From: a virus
DNA length: 64,000 bases
Strand: one strand, 5' to 3'
IMG/VR virus record: IMGVR_UViG_3300037247_001689
Span: 32,001-96,000 of that record
Shown here: positions 34,154 to 43,908 of the stretch, in pieces
Layout of the letters: each line of letters opens with the position of its first letter
How positions within the stretch are numbered: position 1 is the first letter of the stretch
Program-made: the position numbers and the translations under genes
The notes under the pieces: model-generated
Seen by the model: only the letters and a program-made list of their open reading frames with translations
Database searches by the model: none
What the model was told of the DNA's origin: nothing

Positions 34154-35911
34154 ATGGCAAAAGTATTTCAATTTTTCGGTGCTACGGTATATAAACCGGG
34201 TGTCTATTCAAAGATATTAACGATTGGTGCGGGAACGCCAACTCCTGATGGTAATAACGCATTATTGATTATCGCTGAAGCTCCCAACGGTCCGGCTTTC
34301 GGTGAGACGGTTTCCGGTGGGAATGTGAACGATTTTAAAATTGTCTTAGGCGAACAAGGACCAGCAATTGAAGCTGCATTTGGCGCTTTCAATGCTTCCC
34401 CAATCGGCGGCGCTCAGGATGTTAGGATATTTAACCCAAGGGCATTAGTTCAGGCAACTGATACTATTCACGTCACAGAGCCATCAACAACCCCATCCAT
34501 TGATATAGCTAGTCGAATATATGGACCTATTGGAAACGGAGTTACTGTTAGTCTTGCTTCAACAATCGCTTCCGTAAAATTTCCATGGGCAGATGACGCG
34601 ATCACACAGGTTATTGATAATCCGATTTTTGACATTACATTAGCACTTGGTTTTATACAAGTTGACGCTACGAAAATATCAGTTGGACCAACGGGAAGTT
34701 TAATAGATTTTAAATTCACAGAGTACCTAAAATTAATTGACCTAATTAACGCTATTGAATTTCAAACCGGCGCTACTATCGTAAAAGATACTAATACTTC
34801 TGACAACGAATCAACAGTAGACCTTTTTGATCACATAGTTGCTGAACTTGATATAGCGACAGTAGTAACAATAAAGGGTGATTTATCTCAGTTATTTACA
34901 TTTCTTGACCAGGGTGTTCCTGATCTTGAAGCTACTAAGCTTGCAACTGCAACGATAATGGTGGATGATTTTGATCTTACTTTATCCGGTGGCACTTCCG
35001 GTGTCGATCCAGATGCGACACAGTGGGGTAAGGTTTATGATGAACTTGAAAATCAAAAAATTGCTGTCACATGCCCAATCACTGACGGGTTACCAACTCC
35101 TTACGCTGACACTTTAACAGCCGCAATTAATGCACTAGATGAGCAACATGCCGTTAAAATGGCGGGTGTCAAATATAAGGGACGAAAACGACATTCATTT
35201 ATTTCAGCTCACGGTGGGTTCGGGTGGTCAGGACAATTTGTCGCTAAACCCTCAGATGCCGATGCAATTGTAACACTCGCGAAAACGCATAATTCAGAAT
35301 GGTCCTGCTTTTTCGGGGATGGGTTGAACGCTTTTAACGAAGCTGGTATTGAGTATGCTCAACTACCTTGTTATTTCGCAGTCAGAGCAGCATCAATGTT
35401 CTTAGGCGGATTAGCAGCTAGAGTTATCACAGGTCAAACAGTAAACGCGATTCGTGCAAGTTCTCCATATTCAGGATCAAAAGAGCATTATACTGAAGCA
35501 GATGCTATCAAACTGCATAGAGCTTCTGTAATTATCGCTGAAACGGATGAAGAAGGAACCAGAATTAGGCAGATGTACACCACTTGGACTCAAACTGATG
35601 ATGCAAGGAAAACGGTACCATCCAGAGTTCGTTGTGCAGCCTTATCTGATAATGATCTTGCTAGAAAAATTGAAAGCAGAATTTCAGAATTTCAGCTAGA
35701 CGGTATTACACCTGCAAACTCTGTAATGATCCGTTTCATGAAAAACGTTCTGAACTCTCATATTGGTAAAACTATTAAATGGGTGACCAGTTACGGAACA
35801 GTTACCTATTCACAAAAAGGAATTGAATTCCAATACAACATTGCTGAACTTAATGTTCCAGAAATTCCAGAAATTGGGTTCGGAACAGTTGAATTTACTA
35901 ATGCATCTTAA
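34154..35911 (+). CDS. contractile tail sheath protein
   Basis: N-terminal YKPGVYS motif, LSGGTSG, size 585 aa. Confidence 0.9.
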   Translation: MAKVFQFFGATVYKPGVYSKILTIGAGTPTPDGNNALLIIAEAPNGPAFGETVSGGNVNDFKIVLGEQGPAIEAAFGAFNASPIGGAQDVRIFNPRALVQATDTIHVTEPSTTPSIDIASRIYGPIGNGVTVSLASTIASVKFPWADDAITQVIDNPIFDITLALGFIQVDATKISVGPTGSLIDFKFTEYLKLIDLINAIEFQTGATIVKDTNTSDNESTVDLFDHIVAELDIATVVTIKGDLSQLFTFLDQGVPDLEATKLATATIMVDDFDLTLSGGTSGVDPDATQWGKVYDELENQKIAVTCPITDGLPTPYADTLTAAINALDEQHAVKMAGVKYKGRKRHSFISAHGGFGWSGQFVAKPSDADAIVTLAKTHNSEWSCFFGDGLNAFNEAGIEYAQLPCYFAVRAASMFLGGLAARVITGQTVNAIRASSPYSGSKEHYTEADAIKLHRASVIIAETDEEGTRIRQMYTTWTQTDDARKTVPSRVRCAALSDNDLARKIESRISEFQLDGITPANSVMIRFMKNVLNSHIGKTIKWVTSYGTVTYSQKGIEFQYNIAELNVPEIPEIGFGTVEFTNAS

Positions 35912-35925
35912 TTTTAAGGCGAAAA

Positions 35926-36483
35926 ATGGCAGACACTATTAAAAAGAATTATGAACCGCCACAATGGTACCAAGACGGGATGGACGGTGCTGACGAAGCC
36001 GGTGATTTAAGATTCGTTCATTCCAGTGCAGCAATTGTCAGAATCGGTGAAGTCCCTATCGTGGCGCTTGAAAATGTATCGATCACTGTATCTATCGTCA
36101 GAAATCCAATTATGGTAATCGGATCACCTGTTGCTATAGGATTTGACTTCGGCGGTTATAATGCTAACATCTCAGGTCAGATAGTGATGAACGCAGCATC
36201 GACACTTAATAAGAGCCAATTTTTCGCTAAAAGTGTTAATGATCTGGTGGCAAATATCAATACAGTATTTGATATTGATATTCTTGCGCAAGACGCGAAT
36301 GCTGAAAATGTTGATGAACGATTAACAGAACCGTTTATTATATTGAAAAATTGCCAGAACACAGGTGAAACAATTAATTTATCAACAAATGCCAACATTA
36401 GGCAATCGTTCACCGCTGTAGCAACATTCATGGAAAGGGATATTGCAGACGCACTGAAAGATTTCAATAAAATAGCAGCGTAG
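35926..36483 (+). CDS. tail tube protein
   Basis: Follows the sheath; beta-rich, VRIG..I..L, PIMVIGS. Confidence 0.8.
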   Translation: MADTIKKNYEPPQWYQDGMDGADEAGDLRFVHSSAAIVRIGEVPIVALENVSITVSIVRNPIMVIGSPVAIGFDFGGYNANISGQIVMNAASTLNKSQFFAKSVNDLVANINTVFDIDILAQDANAENVDERLTEPFIILKNCQNTGETINLSTNANIRQSFTAVATFMERDIADALKDFNKIAA

Positions 36484-36514
36484 TATTAAATGTTAACAAA
36501 TCAGGAGACGAATT

Positions 36515-36964
36515 ATGGCAGACAAAAAGAAAGACACAAAACCTATTGACAAAAAAACCGCAGCAGCAAAAAAGAAATGGGATGCATATGTCGGTAAAAA
36601 GCTAAAAAAAGCTAATTATCAAGATAGTGAAAGCACCTATGTTTTTGAATTTGATAATAAAGCATTTGAGTTTAGAATCCCCACCATATTTGAAAAGACA
36701 AAAATCAAAGCTATTCTAGCAAGCATCACACGTTTTCCAGGCGCAAATCTAACCACATCTTCACAGTTTGATATTTACAGTTCGGGTGATCTGGATCTGA
36801 TGTATTCGACAAAGGCAATAACGCATACATCTGTATTAATGAACAACCCCACCGAATTTGATCCTGAAACATTTGGCGAAGAAAAAATATATGGATTAGG
36901 GGAATTGATCACATTCGCTGAAAATAAATTTCATGAGAATAAAAAAAAACAATCTACCAAATAG
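36515..36964 (+). CDS. tail assembly chaperone (short form)
   Basis: Between tube and TMP; FEFRIPT; ends after an A9 slippery run. Confidence 0.75.
   Translation: MADKKKDTKPIDKKTAAAKKKWDAYVGKKLKKANYQDSESTYVFEFDNKAFEFRIPTIFEKTKIKAILASITRFPGANLTTSSQFDIYSSGDLDLMYSTKAITHTSVLMNNPTEFDPETFGEEKIYGLGELITFAENKFHENKKKQSTK
36941..36949 (+). other. programmed -1 ribosomal frameshift site (A AAA AAA)
   Basis: The -1 frame opens right after TAA at 36940-36942 and stays open to 37599. Confidence 0.8.
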
Positions 36965-37599
36965 CAGTAGATGAAGTTTTTTCGATTGATTTTCTTTACC
37001 GTGAACATTTCAAGCTGACGAAAAATAGTGATGACTATCTTAATGCAACTGATTATGATATTGAACTCTGGTATCATTCATATCAGGCTAAAAATAATCT
37101 CAAAACATTATCAAAAGGTTATGATTTAGAAGATTCGAGCGCAACCAGTGCTGAATTAGGGGTCAAATATAAAGGTGATGTTTTAGAACAAAAAGCATTA
37201 GAATTTTGCGGTTTGAAAATTGAAGCACAAAAGGATATCCTGTTTTCATCGCTAATCGGTAAAAAAAGCAATGTACTTCAACAAAAAGACGATGCAGCTA
37301 CAAGCACAATGGCAGTTGCTTTTGTTCAGTACATGCTAAATAATCTTGATAAGATTGGCAAAAAAGAAGCATGGTTAAATAGAACAGAATATCATAGTTT
37401 CAAAATTTTCATGAAACTTTCTGTCAAAGGGAAAACTCAATATCATAACGAATTGCAAAAATATCACGATACCGAAATGGGAAAACACAAACAGCCCCCA
37501 CTCACACTCACTGAACCGGTGAAGGCTTCGTCTCCTGAGCCACACGTTCAGGGGGGCTGTCCCGATTTTAATGATCCTAAGAAGTGGGAGAAGATTTAA
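36943..37599 (+). CDS. frameshift extension of the tail assembly chaperone (G-T fusion, about 361 aa in total)
   Basis: KTIYQIAVDEVFSIDFLYREHFKLTKNSDDYLNATDYDIELWY... continues in frame into track ORF 37213. Confidence 0.75.
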   Translation, partial: KKTIYQIAVDEVFSIDFLYREHFKLTKNSDDYLNATDYDIELWYHSYQAKNNLKTLSKGYDLEDSSATSAELGVKYKGDVLEQKALEFCGLKIEAQKDILFSSLIGKKSNVLQQKDDAATSTMAVAFVQYMLNNLDKIGKKEAWLNRTEYHSFKIFMKLSVKGKTQYHNELQKYHDTEMGKHKQPPLTLTEPVKASSPEPHVQGGCPDFNDPKKWEKI

Positions 37600-39608
37600 T
37601 GAGTGATGTCAGTATTCAAATAGATGCCCAAACAGGGGATATCTCAGGTCTTCAAAAAATAGAAGCTGGTTATACTTCAGTACTCACCAAAGCACGTCAA
37701 CTATTCCAAGAAATATCATCCCCCATTACAGCACTTGCAGACAGGTCAAAACAAGCGAGAGGTCTTGAAGATTTAAGCCGGAAAGCCACTGAAATTGAGC
37801 AAAAACTAGCAAGGACAAGACTTGATCAACTGCAAGGCGTTGCTGGACCAATAACAGGTCCAGGATATATGCAAAGTTTAAAAGATGATCTTGAAGCGAC
37901 AAATATTCAAAGGCAGATGGGGCAACAAGCAATGGCACGACCTCAAATGGGGGGATTTGGCCAAAGAGCTTTAAGAATGGGCCGTTTTGCTGGTGGAAAA
38001 GCTTTAAGATATGGCGGTGCAATTGCTGGTATTGCAGGGGCTTATAGTTTATTCTCTGGAATCGCCGAAAACATGGGATTTGCAAAACAATCTGAAGAAG
38101 ATTATGCAATGGCATTGTCACAAGGTCGAGGAATGATCGGTGGTGATTTTGGCGGGAAAGGTGGATTTTTTGCAATACGAGAAATATTGAATGATTTGGG
38201 TGATGTAGCACTGGCAACCTCAAAAGATATGTTGCCTCTTTTGGGAACCGCAAAAGAATTAGGAAATTTATCAGGTGGAAAAGGGGGATTTACCGGTCAA
38301 TTTGCCGGTACTGTAAATTTAGCTAAAATGTTGGGCGTTGATACTGCCACGCTCAATCAATTATTCCAAGGTGGAATTCGCGGTGGTGGTTTTGGCGATA
38401 CTGAACAAATGCGATTAATGAGCCAAGGGTTAATGTTGAATCCCGCTATGAGATTTCGTGGCACAGAAGCGATACAATCATTTCAACAAATGATGGAAGG
38501 AAATGTTGGCGGTACTCAGCAACTTGGCGGGTTCGGAATGTTTAATCTCATGAACACGTTGAATGCATCCCCATTTTTAGCTTATCGTGGGGCTGGTGGT
38601 GCTCAAAGAATGTCAGGAATTAATCAGGCATTTACCCAAGGCGGCAACGAGAACATGCAATATTTTCAAGCGATGGCATTAAGCCCAGCTTTTCAATCAG
38701 CAAATAATAGAAGATTGGCGGCATATAATGCGACACAAGGCGGTCCAACTGATTTTGGTTCGGGTAGATATGATCAGATAATAGCTGATGTTTTTCAGGA
38801 ATTAGGAGCATTTGCAACCGCTGGAGATGTCCAAAAACAATTGTCGAGTTTAGGCTTTACCGGTGCGGCTAAATATGTTGGTGAACAGTACAAAGGGAAC
38901 ATGGGCAAAATGGGTATCCAAAATTTATTTGAACGATACCAGACAGCATACGGAAAAGGAGAAGGTAACGAACTATTGATGACAGCACAGATGGCAAAAG
39001 ATATGGGTGTTAGTTTTGCAGATGTCGGCGTTTTAAGAAAATCATTTCAAGATCCTGAATTTATCCGTTTAGCAAAAGAGGGAAAACTTGACCCTAAAGA
39101 AATGGCTGGTGCCTATGGAGCGTTTGAAAGTAAAGGTGCTGAAGGAATGACGGCTTATCTATCAACAAAAAGAAAGTCTGACCAAGCAATGCAGAAAATG
39201 GCAGAACACATCCAGACAATGGTTACAGATTTATTGCCAGCATTGATACCAGCACTTGAGACGATGGCAGAGTATTTGCCTGTTTTTACTAAAAACATAG
39301 TGAAAGTAGCAGATTTTATTTTTGGTGGTACACCTGAAACAGACCAGTCAACACAAAAAAGAGCGACGATACAAGCAGCTATAGAGATAACAAGAGAACC
39401 ATCTGTTTTTTCGGAACATAAAAGAAGACTGGAAAAACAAAATATTCTTTATCCTGTAAGTGACGCACAAAGAGCAGCTGCAATCGCATCTGAGGAAATG
39501 TACAGAGGGGCTGGACCGCAAGGTGAAAATGCAGTCGGTGTACTAAAACAGATATTAAAAAAGATTGAAACGCCCACACTTAATCAAGGTGAGGTAGAAT
39601 TAGAATGA
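37599..39608 (+). CDS. tape measure protein
   Basis: Gly/Ala/Met/Gln-rich helical protein after the chaperone; TAATG overlap start. Confidence 0.8.
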   Translation: MSDVSIQIDAQTGDISGLQKIEAGYTSVLTKARQLFQEISSPITALADRSKQARGLEDLSRKATEIEQKLARTRLDQLQGVAGPITGPGYMQSLKDDLEATNIQRQMGQQAMARPQMGGFGQRALRMGRFAGGKALRYGGAIAGIAGAYSLFSGIAENMGFAKQSEEDYAMALSQGRGMIGGDFGGKGGFFAIREILNDLGDVALATSKDMLPLLGTAKELGNLSGGKGGFTGQFAGTVNLAKMLGVDTATLNQLFQGGIRGGGFGDTEQMRLMSQGLMLNPAMRFRGTEAIQSFQQMMEGNVGGTQQLGGFGMFNLMNTLNASPFLAYRGAGGAQRMSGINQAFTQGGNENMQYFQAMALSPAFQSANNRRLAAYNATQGGPTDFGSGRYDQIIADVFQELGAFATAGDVQKQLSSLGFTGAAKYVGEQYKGNMGKMGIQNLFERYQTAYGKGEGNELLMTAQMAKDMGVSFADVGVLRKSFQDPEFIRLAKEGKLDPKEMAGAYGAFESKGAEGMTAYLSTKRKSDQAMQKMAEHIQTMVTDLLPALIPALETMAEYLPVFTKNIVKVADFIFGGTPETDQSTQKRATIQAAIEITREPSVFSEHKRRLEKQNILYPVSDAQRAAAIASEEMYRGAGPQGENAVGVLKQILKKIETPTLNQGEVELE

Positions 39609-41167
39609 CATCACCTAAAATAACGATATATTTTACGCCTGACGTTAAAGAAATTAACAGGATACCAATATCTGACATAAAATTCCCAGCTTCTGAAGAA
39701 TTAAAGAGAGGTAGATTTCAGATCGATATCAGTTCTCCATGTATTATTAACGCTGATTGTACGTCTCATAGGGCATCGATAAAAAGCACAGCTACCTTAA
39801 ATTTTATCGGGAAATGTTTTGGTGAGCGTTCGGAATATGTGTTTAAAAACAATGATTATTTTGAGATTTGGAATACTGCTGACACTCGTAATCCTTGGTG
39901 TTATTTTCGTGGTGTGGTTACTCAAACAGCGAGAACATGGACAGCTAATAAAAGATCATTTTCACTCACTTTAGATAATTCAGGCGGGTGGTTATTAGGT
40001 GATAATGCTATTTATTATTTAGGACAATTGATAATCACTCAGCAACATGTCACAAATAATTTTTTCAATGCAATAAAGGTGAGATATGGTTGGGCAACTA
40101 CGGCTGGAAAAGAAACCGACAAAGGAAAAGCATTAGGACTATTAAAAGTAAAATCACCATCTCAATTACTTGAAACGCTGATAAATAGAATCGCAAATGA
40201 AAGAGTTAAATTATTAAAATCAGATTTCTACGAGAATCAGGATTCGATAAAACCGATTGATTATGAGACGGGGAATGAAGTTGACGAGGGGGGGAAAAGG
40301 AATGTTTTTGTCGTAGATAAATTATCCGAAATGGAAGGATCCATATTAGAAATCCTGAAACAATTTGAAGGTAGACCGTTTGCTGAGATTTTCATTGTCG
40401 AAACAAAAGAGAAATCAAAATTAATATGGAGAAATAGCAGATGGCATGATTCAGATGATATTTTATGCATGGGGGATAGATCTGGGAAAGCTGAGAATAT
40501 TGTTTCAATATATACGGATCCATCTGTAAATTTTACAAACACCACAATCAAATCTGAATTTTCTGCACAAAATAATTACATTTCCGAAAAACAGTTTTCA
40601 GGATTTCTTAAAGAAGATGAGAAAACGACAAGTGACGATGTTGTGAATGCTTTTTATATTTATCCTGTTGGATTTGATACCAAACAAAATATTCCATCTG
40701 TAATTATCACTCAAACTGCATACGATAAGGAAGGAGCAAGGCAAATACTTGATGAAAGTTCTGTAATTAGACATGGATACCGACCGATTACGATAAAATT
40801 ACCTTTTATCCCTGATTTTGGGGAAGCCTCTGATTTTAGTGAAAAGGATGTAGAAACAAGAAGTACTGATATTAAAGCTAACAGAAGCGCACAAGCAAGG
40901 ATAATGCTTGAATATACAGGGTACGCTTCAAAAATGTATAGGAATATCCAAAATTCGGGGAACGGGCAAACAGTTATGCAAAATAATTTAGAATGCACCG
41001 TTGCCGATGATTTTAGAGTATTTAGGACTGAACAAGAGTCCCCATTTTTTGTGAATGTTCATCAAATGACGTGGTATTTTGACGCAAAAACTCCAAGAAC
41101 AGTCTTGCAATGGGATAGAGGATTTGAAAGGCCATTAGGTTCTGACAAGGTATCAAATATAAGGTAG
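39605..41167 (+). CDS. baseplate hub protein
   Basis: Follows TMP; FRGVV, PFAEIFI, RHGYR motifs. Confidence 0.65.
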   Translation: MTSPKITIYFTPDVKEINRIPISDIKFPASEELKRGRFQIDISSPCIINADCTSHRASIKSTATLNFIGKCFGERSEYVFKNNDYFEIWNTADTRNPWCYFRGVVTQTARTWTANKRSFSLTLDNSGGWLLGDNAIYYLGQLIITQQHVTNNFFNAIKVRYGWATTAGKETDKGKALGLLKVKSPSQLLETLINRIANERVKLLKSDFYENQDSIKPIDYETGNEVDEGGKRNVFVVDKLSEMEGSILEILKQFEGRPFAEIFIVETKEKSKLIWRNSRWHDSDDILCMGDRSGKAENIVSIYTDPSVNFTNTTIKSEFSAQNNYISEKQFSGFLKEDEKTTSDDVVNAFYIYPVGFDTKQNIPSVIITQTAYDKEGARQILDESSVIRHGYRPITIKLPFIPDFGEASDFSEKDVETRSTDIKANRSAQARIMLEYTGYASKMYRNIQNSGNGQTVMQNNLECTVADDFRVFRTEQESPFFVNVHQMTWYFDAKTPRTVLQWDRGFERPLGSDKVSNIR

Positions 41168-41169
41168 CC

Positions 41170-42063
41170 ATGAAACATAAAGGAAGAACAGATGAAGAAG
41201 GTAATTTTAGGGACCAATCCAGAGAAAAAGACGGGTATATCAATAAGAAATGGAATGAAAAGTTACCGTTTGAAGCACTTGTCACAGCATGGTTCCCAGG
41301 TTCACAAACTATAAATGTTAGTTATTGGACTCCGTTTGGTCAAAAAGAAATTGAACATGTCAGTGTTTATGGTAATTTTATGGAAGCGGTTGGTACTATT
41401 AAAACGCCAAGAATAGCAACTGCAAAAGGGACTGACACCGAAAATAGTTGGCAAATATACAAAAATCCATCACAAGATGACCCTAATAGTGACCAATATG
41501 TTTTAGATAATCATATTGGCGCTTTTATCTACAAAACAAATACAGGCTATGTCGCCAATGGATTTAGATTCGTCACTCCTGATTCCCCACTTCTAAAAAA
41601 TGCGAAGTATGGCCGGACATTAACCAGATATGATGATGGTTCTTACCGTATCCATGATGATGATGGAAATATGCAATTTAAACATCCATCCGGCTTAAGT
41701 ATAAAAATTGGAAAAACAGGGGATGATATCGATCTCGATTCTCCTCTTCCTAATCATGCAAAAAACGTTCAGGATTATGATAATTCAGTCGTTATAAAAT
41801 ATACAATTCCATCTGATGAAGGCGAGATAACAATTGAAGCTGACGGATTAGGGAACATTAAATTAACGCATCCCAACAATAGTTTTGAATTTAATATTGA
41901 TAAGGACGGGAAACTAGAGGCTAAAAACGCGACAACGAGTTTAAAAAAATTACATGACGATATGAACGATATCGTTGCAGCAATTGTCGTCAATGATGGG
42001 GTTGGCCCGAATACCGGAAATTTAACAACTTTAAAAACAGCAACCGATACCCTTTTAAAATAA
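41170..42063 (+). CDS. baseplate central spike-like protein
   Basis: OB-like N-terminus; HPSGLSIKI and beta-strand repeats (IEADGLG, NIDKDG). Confidence 0.6.
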   Translation: MKHKGRTDEEGNFRDQSREKDGYINKKWNEKLPFEALVTAWFPGSQTINVSYWTPFGQKEIEHVSVYGNFMEAVGTIKTPRIATAKGTDTENSWQIYKNPSQDDPNSDQYVLDNHIGAFIYKTNTGYVANGFRFVTPDSPLLKNAKYGRTLTRYDDGSYRIHDDDGNMQFKHPSGLSIKIGKTGDDIDLDSPLPNHAKNVQDYDNSVVIKYTIPSDEGEITIEADGLGNIKLTHPNNSFEFNIDKDGKLEAKNATTSLKKLHDDMNDIVAAIVVNDGVGPNTGNLTTLKTATDTLLK

Positions 42064-42836
42064 TGTCTAATTACACCTACGAAGAATTAGAAAGGATTGC
42101 TGATGCTGTGAGAGGTGTCTGGCAAGATTGCTACCGTGGCGGATTTCTGCCAGGGATGAGAGCAAAAATTGGCGATACTGGAGTGAGAGCTTTTCAGGGA
42201 TTAATTGGCGATGTTATTGTTATGCAGGGAGGATCTTTACTCTCAGGACCACTTAAAGCTATTATCGGGATGCAAGGGGTCAAAGCCGCTGAAGAAGCTT
42301 TAAGGATTGAGGACGGGTACGCACCATATGATATGAAGCCAGGATTTTTACGATCCCCAAAAGCACTTGTTTACCAAAGTGGACCAAAAGCCGGACAAAC
42401 TAAAAAAACCCCTCATCTTATAATTTCTTTTCGCCATGTCACACCGGGATCAACAAGCACTCTTGGAAGTCCAATGACAACTTCATTACATAGGGCAGCT
42501 AAAAAAGGTATTAATTTTCAGGAGCAATTAGGGACCGCTGAAGATCCAAGCGATTATGGACTTGTAAATTCAAAGGGCTATGAATGGCAAAATGGCGCTC
42601 ATGCAGGGATGACAAACGTAGGCGGGAAAGGACATTCTCAATATCGAACATTTAGAATTGTCTCTGCTAATTCAGCGCCGAATTCGTGGTGGAATCCCGG
42701 GCAACAACCTAATAAAGTAATTGACGCCACTATTAAATATGCAGAACCTTATATTAAAGAAGGGTTAAAACGGGCTGCGAAAGCTGAAGTGATTGAGCAT
42801 ATTCAGGGTATTTTTAATAAGCCTGTTAGGATGTAA
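42063..42836 (+). CDS. neck/tail completion protein (SPO1-like)
   Basis: IEDGYAPYDMKPGFL..LIISFRH..YRTFRIVSANS.PNSWWNPG. Confidence 0.65.
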   Translation: MSNYTYEELERIADAVRGVWQDCYRGGFLPGMRAKIGDTGVRAFQGLIGDVIVMQGGSLLSGPLKAIIGMQGVKAAEEALRIEDGYAPYDMKPGFLRSPKALVYQSGPKAGQTKKTPHLIISFRHVTPGSTSTLGSPMTTSLHRAAKKGINFQEQLGTAEDPSDYGLVNSKGYEWQNGAHAGMTNVGGKGHSQYRTFRIVSANSAPNSWWNPGQQPNKVIDATIKYAEPYIKEGLKRAAKAEVIEHIQGIFNKPVRM

Positions 42837-42915
42837 AATATCGTTTCCATCCCTTTGACTAAAACCTATTTTTAGCCAAATAATAAGAATAAATTAACTA
42901 TAATTTGGCGACTAA

Positions 42916-43908
42916 ATGGCATTAGAAGATCTCACCACATTTGACCAATTAATCATTAGAATTGTTGAGCGAAAAGATTTCGGACGACAGGCTGAAACTA
43001 ATTTAGATGAAGGCGTTACACCAAAATTAAATGATAGGTTCGATACCCAAAGAGAATCTGTTCGTGATCAGACCAAAATAGCAGAATTTAAATTCCCTAT
43101 TAATTTTGAAGGAAAAACATTCTATTATCAACAATACGCTGCAACCAATAATTATCGGCAAAATACTGAAAATGGGATTACTGGTATTGTTTCAGAAATG
43201 TATGGGAAAGGGCTTACTGATGTAGTAATGAACGGAATTTTTCCGACAGCAGCAGAAGTTAATATCATAGCCTCAACGACTGGTAATGATTTTTTATCGC
43301 AATTCAAACCCCGGGATTTTGCTGATAATATAAAACGGTTTTTTGGTTTCTATGCTGATCTACACGACCCTTATTCTAAAATCTGGACTGAAGGGAATTA
43401 TTATATAGACTCAAATATATCAATAAGTGATTTGGTTAGAAGTGGCGGAAGCGTTAGAAAAATAGGTGTCGGAAAAACCCCGAACAAAGCCGGTTATGAA
43501 ATGATTGTTGTGGATGAATACGCCAGATCAATTCAAGGAATTCAGCCTAAAGATTTACAGATTTTCGCGGGAAAAGAATCACCGTTTACATTCGGTTGGC
43601 GACTAAATGCAACAGTCATTGAAGATAAACTTGACGCTAATTTTAAGCCAATCCCAGATGATTTATTACAATTTTTAGCTTCATTTAGATTGCCCGCAAT
43701 ATCTGAAATCCCTTTAATCGGTCCATTTTCACAGACCTTTAATAAACTAATTGCAATTAATAATGCCATTTTAAATGTGATGAACACGATTGAATCTTAT
43801 ATTGATTTACCAAACCAAACCATTCAGGATTTAAATAGATATCTGTCATCCTATCAGCGGATATTCAACAAAGCAAATGCAATCGGTCAGCAAATACAGG
43901 ATATTTAA
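42916..43908 (+). CDS. putative baseplate/tube initiator protein
   Basis: FKFPIN, YGKGL, SPFTFGW; baseplate context. Confidence 0.5.
   Translation: MALEDLTTFDQLIIRIVERKDFGRQAETNLDEGVTPKLNDRFDTQRESVRDQTKIAEFKFPINFEGKTFYYQQYAATNNYRQNTENGITGIVSEMYGKGLTDVVMNGIFPTAAEVNIIASTTGNDFLSQFKPRDFADNIKRFFGFYADLHDPYSKIWTEGNYYIDSNISISDLVRSGGSVRKIGVGKTPNKAGYEMIVVDEYARSIQGIQPKDLQIFAGKESPFTFGWRLNATVIEDKLDANFKPIPDDLLQFLASFRLPAISEIPLIGPFSQTFNKLIAINNAILNVMNTIESYIDLPNQTIQDLNRYLSSYQRIFNKANAIGQQIQDI

Noticed and set aside
37213-37599. Independent 128-aa TTG-start gene
   Set aside because: No SD; the frame extends back to the slippery site, so it is treated as the frameshift extension.
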